DNA of 64,000 bases from Candidatus Obscuribacterales bacterium (GCA_965228855.1 CBDDIJ010000003.1:2656001-2720000), one strand, 5' to 3'. Numbered from the stretch's first letter, positions 1-9,491 are shown. Numbers and translations are program-made. Notes: generated by a model not told the origin, from the letters alone.

Positions 1-154
1 GATGATTCGGTCCCAAACGCCCCTCGGTCATGCCAACCAGGTACTGATAAATTGACGCAGCTTCCTCGAATCGCCCTTCCATGCAGAGCGCATCGGCTTG
101 AGCCAGCATTAGTCTCAAGTCTGTCCCCTGTTGTTGCGACTCGGTTTGGTTCAT
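1..154 (-). CDS. TPR-repeat protein, N-terminal part (runs off window start)
   Basis: Manual translation from ATG at 154: MNQTESQQQGTDLRLMLAQADALCMEGRFEEAASIYQYLVGMTEGRLGPNH, a kinesin-light-chain-type TPR pattern (G.F.EA...Y; LGPNH). Not in the ORF track. Confidence 0.65.
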   Translation of the reverse strand, partial: MNQTESQQQGTDLRLMLAQADALCMEGRFEEAASIYQYLVGMTEGRLGPNH

Positions 155-298
155 GTTGTCGGGCAAACTTTCTCAGTGGTCATTAAATCTTAAATACCCG
201 AAAAACGAATTTTGAACTTGATTAGTTACGCATAGCTTCCAATAAATCTATTTATTTATGTGATACTCTCTGAGTCCTCCGACCATTGAGGTGCTCAT

Positions 299-646
299 AT
301 GTCTCTAGATTGGGTTTATCACCGCCCCGGTTGAGTGTCCTGCACAAGGGCTCAAGAGTTTCTTGAGCGAAAGAAGATTGATACAGTCGAGCAGGTCAAC
401 GCCAAACAAACGAAATTCGGACTGGACGAAGCGGTCGAACTCGCTTCAAAGGTCAAAGAGTTGTATGTTTTGAAGGGAACGAAAGTTGTTCATGTCGACC
501 TCAAGAAAGAAAAGCCGAGTCGGGAAGAGCTCGGCAAGCTGCTGCTTGGTCCGACAGGCAATCTGCGTGCGCCCACGATTATTCAAGGCGATACTCTTCT
601 CGTAGGCTTCAACCAGGAGACCTACGAAAAGGTTTTGCACGAATAA
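299..646 (+). CDS. ArsC/Spx-family thioredoxin-fold selenoprotein (UxxC motif; TGA 332-334 read as Sec)
   Basis: RBS GAGGTG at 288-293 and ATG at 299 give MSLDWVYHRPG-(TGA)-VSCTRAQEFL, in frame with track ORF 335-646, which ends in the ArsC-like motif LLGPTGNLRAPTI..GDTLLVGFN. The TGA occupies the first Cys position of CxxC. Confidence 0.85.
350..368 (+). promoter_or_regulatory. Candidate bacterial SECIS hairpin
   Basis: GCTCAAGA-GTT-TCTTGAGC is a perfect 8-bp stem with a G,U-starting apical loop, 23 nt after the in-frame TGA. Confidence 0.7.
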
Positions 647-677
647 GTTCAAAAGACACTGATAGCAAATATGGTGC

Positions 678-2327
678 CTAGATAACGGCACCATCAAGAT
701 AGACCATCAGCTCTTCCATGCTGCGATAGCGTGTGTTGGCTTCTTTCCGCAACGCCTTCATCACGATGCCGTTGAGAATGGCGGGAAGATGCATGCCGAT
801 CGGTGTAGAGGCAATGTTCGGCACCTCGCAATTGACGTGCTGGAACATCACCTCCATGACGTCCTTTCCGACGAAGGGAGGGCGTCCGGTCAAAGTTTCG
901 TACATCAAGCATCCCATCGAATAAATATCGGCTCTTTTGTCGAGAACATGACCGCGACACTGTTCGGGGCTCATGTAGAGCGGACTTCCGATCACCAGAC
1001 CCATCTCGGTTTTAACCGCATTCGAATTGTCCGGACGCACCAGTTTAGCAACGCCGAAATCAGCAATCTTGACGCGCAGGTCCAGCGTACCATAGCCAGA
1101 AACCAGGACATTACTGGGTTTCAGATCACGATGCACGATTCCGGATCTGTGAGCAAATCCCAAACCGAGACATATCTGTTTAAACATCTCCACCGCCAGT
1201 GGTGCAGGCACAGCGCCCTCATGATCGATGATTTCGCGCAATGTAGGACCATCGACGAATTCCTGAATCATAAATGCAGTGCCATCACTGGCGACACCAA
1301 AATCAATGACTCGAATGACATTGGGATGTTCGAGCGAATTGGCAGCAGCTGCCTCCTGACGGAATCTTTGCAGCAGGTCCAGATCGGGCATGAGTTCCGG
1401 GTGCATTACCTTGATAGCGGCCAGTCTGTTCATGAATCGGTGGCGCGCTTTGTAGACCGTTCCACCAGAGCCGGAGCCGAGAACGGAGAGAATTTCGTAG
1501 CGCTCGGCAAATGTCGTGCCGACCATTTTGTCGTCTTTGGTTTCTGCTCCATCGAACGGACAGATGTCGGAATCCGGAGGCAATTTAGCTTTGCAGCGCG
1601 AGCAGATTCTTGCAAGTTGGTGATCCGTAGTAATCCGGCGCGGCCGGTCTTTGACCTTAGGCATAGACTCCGCGGCTTCGGAGGTATTTGCTATCTTGTG
1701 CAAAACTCGTCGCGTATAAGCGTGAACCTTGTTGATAGGAATGCCGAGTTGCTCTGAAATGTCCTCAATTGGCGAGCCTTCAAGGACACTGTAGAGCACG
1801 CTCATCTCGGTTCCACTAAGCTGATAATTTTGCGAAGTGACTTCCGGATCGACTCTTCGCAAGGTGCGCAAGAGGCGATTAGCCACAGTGTCGTCCAACC
1901 AGGTGTGACCGTCGCTGACGGTTTTCATAGCGGTTATCAGCGTCTCCCGCGACACATCCTTAAGACAATAGCCATCTGCACCAGCTTCGAGTGCTGGAAA
2001 GACATATTCGTCCTCGCCGTGGCTACTCAGGACGAGAATTCGGGTATTGGGAAGAGCCGCCTTAATCTTGCGGGTCGCAACTATGCCGTCGAATCCGGGC
2101 AAAGCGATATCCATCAATACGAGACTGGGCCTGGTAGCAATTGCCTGCTCAACTGCACTGGGACCATCGCCGGCCTCCGCTACCATCTCTATATCAGACA
2201 TTCCTTGAAAGGATAACTTAAGACCGAGGCGAAGAACCTCTTGATCCTCAACCAGCAGGACTCTCATCGGCGAGCCGTCACTCACGTCTGAACTCGGTGG
2301 AGCGAACCCTTGATGAATTATCGACAT
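678..2327 (-). CDS. Hybrid response regulator (REC + LuxR-like HTH) fused to zinc ribbon and Ser/Thr protein kinase
   Basis: REC: VLLVEDQ..LVLMDIALP..GYCLK. HTH: LSGTEMSVL..IEDISEQLGI. Zinc ribbon: CSRC..CPFD. Kinase: GSGSGGTVY, AIK, HRDLKPSN, DFG, GSPLYMSPE. Confidence 0.9.
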   Translation of the reverse strand: MSIIHQGFAPPSSDVSDGSPMRVLLVEDQEVLRLGLKLSFQGMSDIEMVAEAGDGPSAVEQAIATRPSLVLMDIALPGFDGIVATRKIKAALPNTRILVLSSHGEDEYVFPALEAGADGYCLKDVSRETLITAMKTVSDGHTWLDDTVANRLLRTLRRVDPEVTSQNYQLSGTEMSVLYSVLEGSPIEDISEQLGIPINKVHAYTRRVLHKIANTSEAAESMPKVKDRPRRITTDHQLARICSRCKAKLPPDSDICPFDGAETKDDKMVGTTFAERYEILSVLGSGSGGTVYKARHRFMNRLAAIKVMHPELMPDLDLLQRFRQEAAAANSLEHPNVIRVIDFGVASDGTAFMIQEFVDGPTLREIIDHEGAVPAPLAVEMFKQICLGLGFAHRSGIVHRDLKPSNVLVSGYGTLDLRVKIADFGVAKLVRPDNSNAVKTEMGLVIGSPLYMSPEQCRGHVLDKRADIYSMGCLMYETLTGRPPFVGKDVMEVMFQHVNCEVPNIASTPIGMHLPAILNGIVMKALRKEANTRYRSMEELMVYLDGAVI

Positions 2328-2444
2328 AGCTACTCCCGGCTTGCGGCGCGTTTTTCAGGATGCCGTCAGGTGATTCCAGCAAGCCTTACTCTATTAATAG
2401 CGGAAACACACGGCCGGGCACATCGCGCGAATGACTGACTTAAG

Positions 2445-2481
2445 AAAAATGACCCGGCCACCCATATGGGTGATCGAGCCA
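2445..2481 (-). terminator. Probable intrinsic terminator downstream of 2525-2791
   Basis: Minus strand TGGCTCGATCACCC-ATAT-GGGTGGCCGGGTCA followed by TTTTT. Confidence 0.6.
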
Positions 2482-2524
2482 CTTGAAGACCGATCTGTGC
2501 GCCGCTAGCGGCAATGCAACTTTC

Positions 2525-2791
2525 TTACTTAGCTGCTTCCGAAGCTTCGGGCTTGTCGAAGTGTTTGTCGTCCGTCAAAAATCCCAGGACGAAACCGAAG
2601 AACGCTCCGGCAACCCCACCCCAAATCGCGCCGCCCACAAAGTTATAGACAGGTTCAACACTCTGAGGCTGCGGCCAGAATTTTATAATCTCAAAAGACC
2701 CGCCCGTCACAAGGGCGCCGCCGATTGCCATTACGATCATCGCTGCGATCGGGAGAGTCAATCCTGACTGAGTCACGGTTTTCTTGGTCAT
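2525..2791 (-). CDS. Small two-TM membrane protein, hypothetical
   Basis: Two hydrophobic Gly-rich segments; GAGG RBS upstream; terminator downstream. Confidence 0.7.
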   Translation of the reverse strand: MTKKTVTQSGLTLPIAAMIVMAIGGALVTGGSFEIIKFWPQPQSVEPVYNFVGGAIWGGVAGAFFGFVLGFLTDDKHFDKPEASEAAK

Positions 2792-2892
2792 TGCTTCCTC
2801 AATATGCGGTCTCGCCGCGTTTCTTAGACAGACTTAACGCTGAAGAACACTTCAAACGACGCCAGTATAACACCCATGAAAACTGCGCTTCG

Positions 2893-3432
2893 TTAATCAG
2901 ATTTCGGAAGCAATAAAAGTGCAACGCCGGCAATCGTCTTGGCATCCCGAATTTTGCCACCCAGGACCAGTTGCCAGGCTTCTTTCAGACTGATGTCCAT
3001 CACGTCGGTGTGTTCATCGATGTCCAGATTTTTACCTACGAAAGTCAGGTCGCTCGCCCCGTACAAATAGAGAATTTCATTGCAAAACCCGGGAGCGGAG
3101 AACATTTTCGAAAGATCTTTCCATTCCTTCGCTTCGAACCCGGTTTCCTCTGTGAGCTCTCGACGGGCTGCCGGAAAGGGGTCTTCGCCCTTCTCAATGC
3201 GCCCGGCCGGCAATTCAATCAATTCTTCGTCGATAGAGTAGCGATACTGCCGGATGAGAAGAATGCGATCTTCCGCAGGCTGCGCCGCGATTACAACCCC
3301 TCCGTTGTGTTCGACCACTTCGCGCTCGACTTCGATTCCTTCATTAATTAGCTTGTCGATCCGGAGGTTGATTATGCCGCCCTCATGGACTCTTTCGGTG
3401 TCGATACAATGGTCTCGTGTAAACAGTGTCAC
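2893..3432 (-). CDS. NUDIX hydrolase (ADP-ribose pyrophosphatase-like)
   Basis: Nudix box GRIEKGEDPFPAARRELTEETG; IRQYRY, SAPGFCNE, DAKT motifs. Confidence 0.9.
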   Translation of the reverse strand: MTLFTRDHCIDTERVHEGGIINLRIDKLINEGIEVEREVVEHNGGVVIAAQPAEDRILLIRQYRYSIDEELIELPAGRIEKGEDPFPAARRELTEETGFEAKEWKDLSKMFSAPGFCNEILYLYGASDLTFVGKNLDIDEHTDVMDISLKEAWQLVLGGKIRDAKTIAGVALLLLPKSD

Positions 3433-3508
3433 GCAAAAATCTCCTCAATTGGACAATCAGTTTACATGCCGGAAGGCGACTGCGCTATCATGATCGCAGC
3501 AGATCGTT

Positions 3509-4846
3509 ATGAACTACAACGAATCAATTGCCTACATCGAAAGCCTGATACCGACGCTCGAGCGACCAACTCTTGCGCGCATGCAATCGTACATGCAGGA
3601 CGAAGGCGGTATCCAGGACAAGATCAAATGTTTTCACGTGGGCGGAACTAACGGTAAAGGTTCCACTGCCACCATACTTGATGCCGTTTTAAACTCCATG
3701 GGCTTGAAGGTTGGAAAGTTCACCGGACCGCACATCATGCGGTTCAACGAACGTTTCTCTATCAACGGTCAATCTATCTCGGACGACTCGTTTGCAAAAA
3801 CCGCCAGCAGCGTCCGCGAAAAATCAGAAGCTTTCGGCAGACGCCATGAGGATCTGGGAAGACTGACATGGTTTGAATTCTTGACGGCAATGGCTTTCTC
3901 GTTCTTCTGGGAAAACCATGTCGACTGCGCCGTTCTCGAAGTCGGATTGGGCGGGAGATTCGACGCTACGAATGTAGCAAACAACGTCCAGTCAACCGTA
4001 ATTACGAACGTAGATCTGGATCACATGCATATTTTGGGTGACACAGTTTCCAAAATCGCCTTTGAAAAGGCAGGCATAATGAGGAAAGGCGTTCCCGTGA
4101 TTACTACGGCCAGAGGAGACGCATTGCTCGAGCTGAAAGCCAGGGCTCGCGAAGTCGGTACGTATCTGGTAGAAGTCGAGCGGGAAAGGCCGGATTTCAT
4201 CAGCCTCGAAGAAGAAGCAAACATAGTTTCAGCACTTTCGGAACTGTCACTGACCGGACCGCACCAACAACGCAACGCTCGCATGGCCGTCACTGCAGCT
4301 TTAGCATCACCGCTTGGTGCCGGCAATCGAAGCTTTCTCGATAATCTCTCCGATTGTTTGCATCAAGTTTACTTTCCTGGACGCATGCAGGTTTTACCAG
4401 AGCAGAACATTCTTATGGATGGTGCCCATAACCCGGCGGGCGCAGCAGCTCTTCGACGAGCACTGGAGGAACGAGCGCCGGACAAAAACCATTGTTTCGT
4501 TCTCGGTTTATTCGGCAACAAAGACGCTCCAGCGTATCTGCAACAGTTGCTAAGGAAAGGTGATCGCGTCGTTGCCGTGGAAGCAGAGGGAAGACGAGCC
4601 ACGTATCCAAAGGAACAGATAGCCGCATGCTGCGAGGAACTCGGTATCCATGCAACCCAGGCAAAGTCGATGGACGAGGCGTTGAAGTGGGCTCGCGCTG
4701 AAAGGTTTTCAAACGAAATAATCGTCACTGGGTCGTTTGCAATCTTGAAAGAAATGATGTTGCATCTCGGCTGGAAGTCAGTCGAAGATGGTCGCGACTC
4801 GATGGTAATCCGGCAGGTCTCGAAACCCCGACCAATAACATCCTGA
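3509..4846 (+). CDS. folC: Bifunctional folylpolyglutamate synthase/dihydrofolate synthase
   Basis: HVGGTNGKGST, LEVGLGGRFDATN, DLDH, EKAGI, DGAHNP motifs. Confidence 0.95.
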   Translation: MNYNESIAYIESLIPTLERPTLARMQSYMQDEGGIQDKIKCFHVGGTNGKGSTATILDAVLNSMGLKVGKFTGPHIMRFNERFSINGQSISDDSFAKTASSVREKSEAFGRRHEDLGRLTWFEFLTAMAFSFFWENHVDCAVLEVGLGGRFDATNVANNVQSTVITNVDLDHMHILGDTVSKIAFEKAGIMRKGVPVITTARGDALLELKARAREVGTYLVEVERERPDFISLEEEANIVSALSELSLTGPHQQRNARMAVTAALASPLGAGNRSFLDNLSDCLHQVYFPGRMQVLPEQNILMDGAHNPAGAAALRRALEERAPDKNHCFVLGLFGNKDAPAYLQQLLRKGDRVVAVEAEGRRATYPKEQIAACCEELGIHATQAKSMDEALKWARAERFSNEIIVTGSFAILKEMMLHLGWKSVEDGRDSMVIRQVSKPRPITS

Positions 4847-4942
4847 CAGTCCTAAAAAGCTCAAAAAGCTCTGAACTTCTCTGAAACTCCGCATGTCTTT
4901 GGTAGAATGCGATGGCTATCGTTTAGACAGCGGTGATATATC

Positions 4943-6685
4943 TTGCCCGAAAAACAAACAACCCATGCTCTGCAAGGTCACGTAAAGCACCAGGGACTAC
5001 CGGTTTCCGGCGTCACGGTCCGAGTGTTTTCAGCCTACTCGGTCGCTATGTCAGGCTCAATGCGGTCTGACCCTCCAATTGCCGAGGCGACGACCGGCAG
5101 CAAGGGCGAATACTCGTTTCAGCTGCCGAACGGCAACTACGTCGTAGAATTCATTCCCAGCTCGCGCACCCGATTCTTGAAGGAGCGAGCAAGCGACGTT
5201 GAGCTTTACAACAATGTCACCTGCAACATCGCGCTTACAACCGGACAGCTGCTCACGGGCTCAGTCACGACAAATAACGGCAAGAAGCTCAAGGATAGCC
5301 AGGTTGTAGCTCTGGGTATCGAACCGACACCGTACTCGGCGACCAGCCCGATCGCTCAAGACGGTACGTTCACACTCGTTTTACCCAGAGGCAAATTTCA
5401 CATCGCATCTCGACACGAGTCGGACGACGCCGGAAACACTGAGTTCAAAGGAGAAAACGGCTCCTTCTCCTATCCATACATCTGCACACAAGTGCAGGTC
5501 GTTGACCTGGTGGTCGATGGCGAGCTGGATTTGACGCTTCCGGAACTCGTGTTGTTCAAAGGTGAAATTCATGATGTTTTCGGTCAGCCGATCCACGGTG
5601 CAACAATTAGGTTTCACCCCATAATCGGTTCTGAACAACTGGTCGTTCGTGAATTGAGTTTAAATGCTCAATGCAAGAGCGATCTGGACGGCTGCTTCAA
5701 GATCTGGCTAGAGCAGGGCACCTATGAGCTTGAAATTATTCCTGTTGCCTCCGCCACTCATTTCGGTTTGAAAGAAACAAACATTCGAGTTCAGAGCGAC
5801 ATCTCGCGAAAGTTTGTCCTTGAAGAAGGGCATAAACTGCAGGGACTCGTTACCTTCAAAGACGAACCGCTCGGTAGTTGTTTTGTTCACGTTCAGGATG
5901 TGGACGGCAATAAGGAGTTCATGGCGAAAACCGACGAAGATGGCAAGTTCCAGCTCGGAGTGCCGCGCGGCGACTATAAGATCGTGGTTGTGGCCAATCC
6001 GAAGAGCGCGCCGACTGTCACTATAGATGGTGCCGAACACGCCGGCATCGCACCCTGGGCAAAAATTATCACCGTAGAAGGCGATATGAAGATACCGGTC
6101 GATCTCCGCTCCGGGACTGCGTTACGAGGAAGAGTCCGCGATGACTCCGGTCAAGCTAGAGCGGGAATGAAAATTTCTGTTTTTCCTGACAACAAAAAAG
6201 CATTGAATGCTGATACCGCAAACTGGAATCTCGCTATCGCTCATTCTGTAACTGACGCGGACGGCAGATATTCTATTTTCTTATCGCCGGATTCCTATTT
6301 CATTGTGGTTCACAAAGATTTCGAAAACGCCACACGGATTGAAGTGGCAGCCGAGCCGGTAAACCTGGATATCACCTGGCATGGCTGGTGTCAGATCAAA
6401 TTCGAAGTGATAGGCGATGACGGAGCACGCGTGCCGCGCTGCAAAATGGAGTACTACCCTTACGGAGAGCGCGAAGACGACCTTGCAGAATCGGCGAATC
6501 TGCCTCGAGGCTATGTGTTGACGGATGAAGATGGACGCTGTCAGGTGACGATACCGCAAGGCGTTTATACCTTCAAATTCAACCCGCCAAGTTCAGGCTC
6601 ATATGAGCCAAAAGATATCCGCCAGCTTTCGATTAGCTCAGATATCAGCCGCAAACTCGTGCTCGGCTTGAAAAACCGGTCTTGA
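4943..6685 (+). CDS. Carboxypeptidase-regulatory-like (transthyretin-like beta-sandwich) repeat protein
   Basis: About six repeats of L.G.V....G.P.....V ... TD.DG.F/Y...LP.G.Y. Confidence 0.75.
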   Translation: MPEKQTTHALQGHVKHQGLPVSGVTVRVFSAYSVAMSGSMRSDPPIAEATTGSKGEYSFQLPNGNYVVEFIPSSRTRFLKERASDVELYNNVTCNIALTTGQLLTGSVTTNNGKKLKDSQVVALGIEPTPYSATSPIAQDGTFTLVLPRGKFHIASRHESDDAGNTEFKGENGSFSYPYICTQVQVVDLVVDGELDLTLPELVLFKGEIHDVFGQPIHGATIRFHPIIGSEQLVVRELSLNAQCKSDLDGCFKIWLEQGTYELEIIPVASATHFGLKETNIRVQSDISRKFVLEEGHKLQGLVTFKDEPLGSCFVHVQDVDGNKEFMAKTDEDGKFQLGVPRGDYKIVVVANPKSAPTVTIDGAEHAGIAPWAKIITVEGDMKIPVDLRSGTALRGRVRDDSGQARAGMKISVFPDNKKALNADTANWNLAIAHSVTDADGRYSIFLSPDSYFIVVHKDFENATRIEVAAEPVNLDITWHGWCQIKFEVIGDDGARVPRCKMEYYPYGEREDDLAESANLPRGYVLTDEDGRCQVTIPQGVYTFKFNPPSSGSYEPKDIRQLSISSDISRKLVLGLKNRS

Positions 6686-6854
6686 TTTGCGAAGACGGTT
6701 TGCGCGGGCCGCTTTACGAAATACTGTCCTAAGTTATAGAGTAGGATCGTAAGCTGATCGAACTTGCGATATTATTCAAGTCGGACAAACTTCATTTTTC
6801 GGAATCTCTCACTTAGTACACCAGTCCTATATACACCTCATAGAGGGCGCATCG

Positions 6855-7460
6855 GTGGTTGACAACTTCCAGAAGAGAAAGCGGCCCAAGGTACCTACAA
6901 GTCCCTGGGATATTCTGGTTGCGTCCGTTGAGCAGTCAATGGATCAGGGCAAGTGGGACGAGTCCGAGTACCTGGCGCTCTCAGCCCTGGAAGAAGCGGA
7001 GTGTTTTGAACCCGACGACCGGCGGCTCGGCATCACGCTAGAACTTCTTTCCGAAATTTACTACATGACCCAAGAGTATTATCGAGGCGCGCCCGTCATC
7101 AGGCGTTTGCTTCAGATGTATATTCGCTGTCTGGGTCCGGACCATCTGGATACAGGCACGGTCACGCACAACGCAGCCATGCTTTACCACTCCTGGGCGA
7201 AGTATGACGAAGCTGAACCGTTTTATGTTCAGGCGCTTCGCATCAAGAAAAACCGCTTGGGACGCGCCCACCCGCAAGTGATGACCCTTCTCGGTCATTA
7301 CATACAACTTCTGTACCAAACAAATCGCGTCAAAGAAGCCGAGGAACTGAAAGCGACAGCGATCGCAGTTTCCTCCGGACGCTTCACGCGTTCCGGTCAG
7401 TGGAAAGCAATGCCACCCCCGCAAGACGCAGCCCTCGCCGGCAAGAAAGACGAAGAGTAG
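6855..7460 (+). CDS. Tetratricopeptide repeat protein (kinesin-light-chain type)
   Basis: LGPDHLD, KYDEAEPFYVQALRI, LGRAHP motifs. Confidence 0.85.
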   Translation: MVDNFQKRKRPKVPTSPWDILVASVEQSMDQGKWDESEYLALSALEEAECFEPDDRRLGITLELLSEIYYMTQEYYRGAPVIRRLLQMYIRCLGPDHLDTGTVTHNAAMLYHSWAKYDEAEPFYVQALRIKKNRLGRAHPQVMTLLGHYIQLLYQTNRVKEAEELKATAIAVSSGRFTRSGQWKAMPPPQDAALAGKKDEE

Positions 7461-7473
7461 GAAGAAAAAAATG

Positions 7474-7784
7474 TCCTACTATAATTTCTAAGAGCTGACA
7501 AGCCCCGAGAGTGCCTCAGAACAAACGTTTCGGGCTCACCTTCTTTCTTCGAGGCCGCTCTTGTCTATCAGGCAATGACGGAATTTGGGAAATCCGGCAT
7601 TCTGTCGTAGACAGCCCCTCCTACTACATTTCCTAAACACCCCTTCCTACTATATTTCCTAAGAAGTAACGAATCCCGAGAGTGAATCAGGACAATCGTT
7701 TAAGGATTCTCTGACTTCCTCGACGGAGTTGTTGTCTATCAGGCGATGCCGGAATTTGGAAAATCCGGCATTCTGTCGTAGACA
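7474..7784. repeat. Degenerate 140-bp direct repeat (7474-7613 and 7645-7784) ending in a long hairpin
   Basis: Both copies begin TCCTACTATA..T.CTAAGA, share CCCGAGAGTG, and end TTGTCTATCAGGC.ATG.CGGAATTTGG.AAATCCGGCATTCTGTCGTAGACA. Confidence 0.85.
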
Positions 7785-8145
7785 CTTACGGATCCGACCT
7801 CCCAGCGGACTACGTTTGACTGGCAAGTGTGCAGGAGATGATCATCTTTGCATCGATTTCGGATCGGATTTCTGCACATTCGAACCTCAGTCACCGATTA
7901 GGCGAACCGCAGTCGCCGATTAAGCGAACCAAAGTCGCCAATTTCGGATTTCAGATGCCGGAATTTGCTAATCCGGCATTCTGACGTAGTCACTTACGAA
8001 TCCGACCTCTCAGCGGACTACGTTTGACTGGCAAGTGTGCAGGAGATGATCATCTTTGCATCGATTTCGGATCGGATTTCTGCACATTCGAACCTCAGTC
8101 GCCGATTAGGCGAACCAAAGTCGCCAATTAGTCGCCGATTAAGCG
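7745..8145. repeat. Near-identical ~200-bp direct repeat (7745-~7943 and 7954-~8129) with internal 22-bp tandem units
   Basis: Shared GATGCCGGAATTTG..AATCCGGCATTCTG.CGTAG.CACTTACG.ATCCGACCT..CAGCGGACTACGTTTGACTGGCAAGTGTGCAGGAGATGATCATCTTTGCATCG...; 22-bp unit CGAACCnnAGTCrCCGATTArG. Confidence 0.9.
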
Positions 8146-9491
8146 TTCACACCACGCTCGCGAGAGATGCGACGAACATCAGACTGAACTTTGCGGCGGT
8201 AATCGCCGTGGATGTTGCGCCTGTCTTTGCCCCATTTGCCTTCTTCGGGAATACTCTCGACTTGAAATTTCAAGTTCTTGACCGTGTGACCCATTCCGAT
8301 TGCATCCGATGCACCTTGCGAAAGATCAATGACGCGGCTGTGAACTTTCTCGCCGCTACCGTCCGGACGCTCAACTTTTCGGCCGGCGAAGGGACCATGA
8401 TCGGTAACGACCACGCGAATTTCTCTGCCGTTATCAGGGTTAGTCACTTTCAGCACTGTGCCGAAAGGGAATTCTCTGCTGGCTGCAGTCAACTCGTACT
8501 TGTTGAACGGCAGTCCTGATGCCGTTTCACGTCCACTCCTGTACATAGAGGTCGTCCCCTCGAATCGATCCCCTTCGTTGTATCTCTTCAGAAACGGGCT
8601 TTTGAAGGCGCCTTCGGGTTTCTCACGAGAGGGACTAGAGTCATCGCTTCTTGGTTCTGGATTGACAGTCGGCTCTGGATTTATATCCGGTCGCCGCTCA
8701 GGCTTAGGCGCAGGTTCCTCCCGACGACGCGGAGCCGGCTTTTCATCCCGCTCTCGGCGAGGACGCTTATGTTCGGGTTGAGCGCTTGGCTCGAATTCCG
8801 CCGAGATCAAACGCTCGCGAATGCGATTGCGAAGACCCTCGTCTTGAATTGAATTTAAAACCTTTTCGACGTTTTGTTGCGTCAAAAGCGCGTCTCCGCG
8901 GCTCAGAACGTTACCATCACCATGTTCAGGATTAGATTTCCATTCTGATTTCAGAGCATTCGTAAAAGCCTTCTTCTCCTCATGACTAAAACCGTCGCCG
9001 AGAAGACGCGATGCAACCTGGTGATAGCCTTCTTTTTTACGAACCTTCGCAGCATCGAGTGTGTTGGTCTTCAGTTCGGTTGCCACCGCTGCCGGTGCGT
9101 CCTCCGGCTTCACAACTTCCGGTGCGGCGGCCCGCGCATCTCCCGGATCGGCTTCTCTGGGCGGCGTGGCTTTCTTTCCGGGCTCATCGGTGGAACCGGC
9201 TATGACATTGCCTTTCTCATCAGTTACGGCGACATCCGGCAGCGTGATCCCATCTCTTTTCGCGAACGCACCCATGATGTCCACAGGTTTGCCAGCAGCA
9301 AGATCAGCGACCGAGTTCGAGTCGAATTCCGGCAGTTTTCCAGTCGGGCCGAGTTCGCAGCGAGGGTCGTATTTGAAAACATCTTTGACTTGAGCAGGGT
9401 CGGAAAGGTCGACTCCAAGATTGGTTGCGCCACTTTTGGGCGTGTTTACCTCAGCGACACCGTCGCTGTGCTTCTGCACTTCAGATCCCAT
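8139..9491 (-). CDS. RlpA-family (double-psi beta-barrel) lytic transglycosylase with LysM-like domain and disordered N-terminus
   Basis: C-terminal TASG..FNKYELTAASREFPFGTVLKVTN..VVVTDHGPF..RVIDLSQGA; central VRKKEGYHQVASRLLG...N..LSRGDAL is LysM-like; no signal peptide. Confidence 0.8.
   Translation of the reverse strand: MGSEVQKHSDGVAEVNTPKSGATNLGVDLSDPAQVKDVFKYDPRCELGPTGKLPEFDSNSVADLAAGKPVDIMGAFAKRDGITLPDVAVTDEKGNVIAGSTDEPGKKATPPREADPGDARAAAPEVVKPEDAPAAVATELKTNTLDAAKVRKKEGYHQVASRLLGDGFSHEEKKAFTNALKSEWKSNPEHGDGNVLSRGDALLTQQNVEKVLNSIQDEGLRNRIRERLISAEFEPSAQPEHKRPRRERDEKPAPRRREEPAPKPERRPDINPEPTVNPEPRSDDSSPSREKPEGAFKSPFLKRYNEGDRFEGTTSMYRSGRETASGLPFNKYELTAASREFPFGTVLKVTNPDNGREIRVVVTDHGPFAGRKVERPDGSGEKVHSRVIDLSQGASDAIGMGHTVKNLKFQVESIPEEGKWGKDRRNIHGDYRRKVQSDVRRISRERGVNA

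Noticed and set aside
335..646. Track ORF starting at GTG 335 as the true gene
   Set aside because: It lacks an RBS and the first strand and redox residue of the fold; ATG 299 with TGA readthrough explains the sequence better.
7474..8145. CRISPR array
   Set aside because: Sequences between the palindromic cores are themselves duplicated rather than unique spacers, the period is 171-209 bp, and no cas genes are present.
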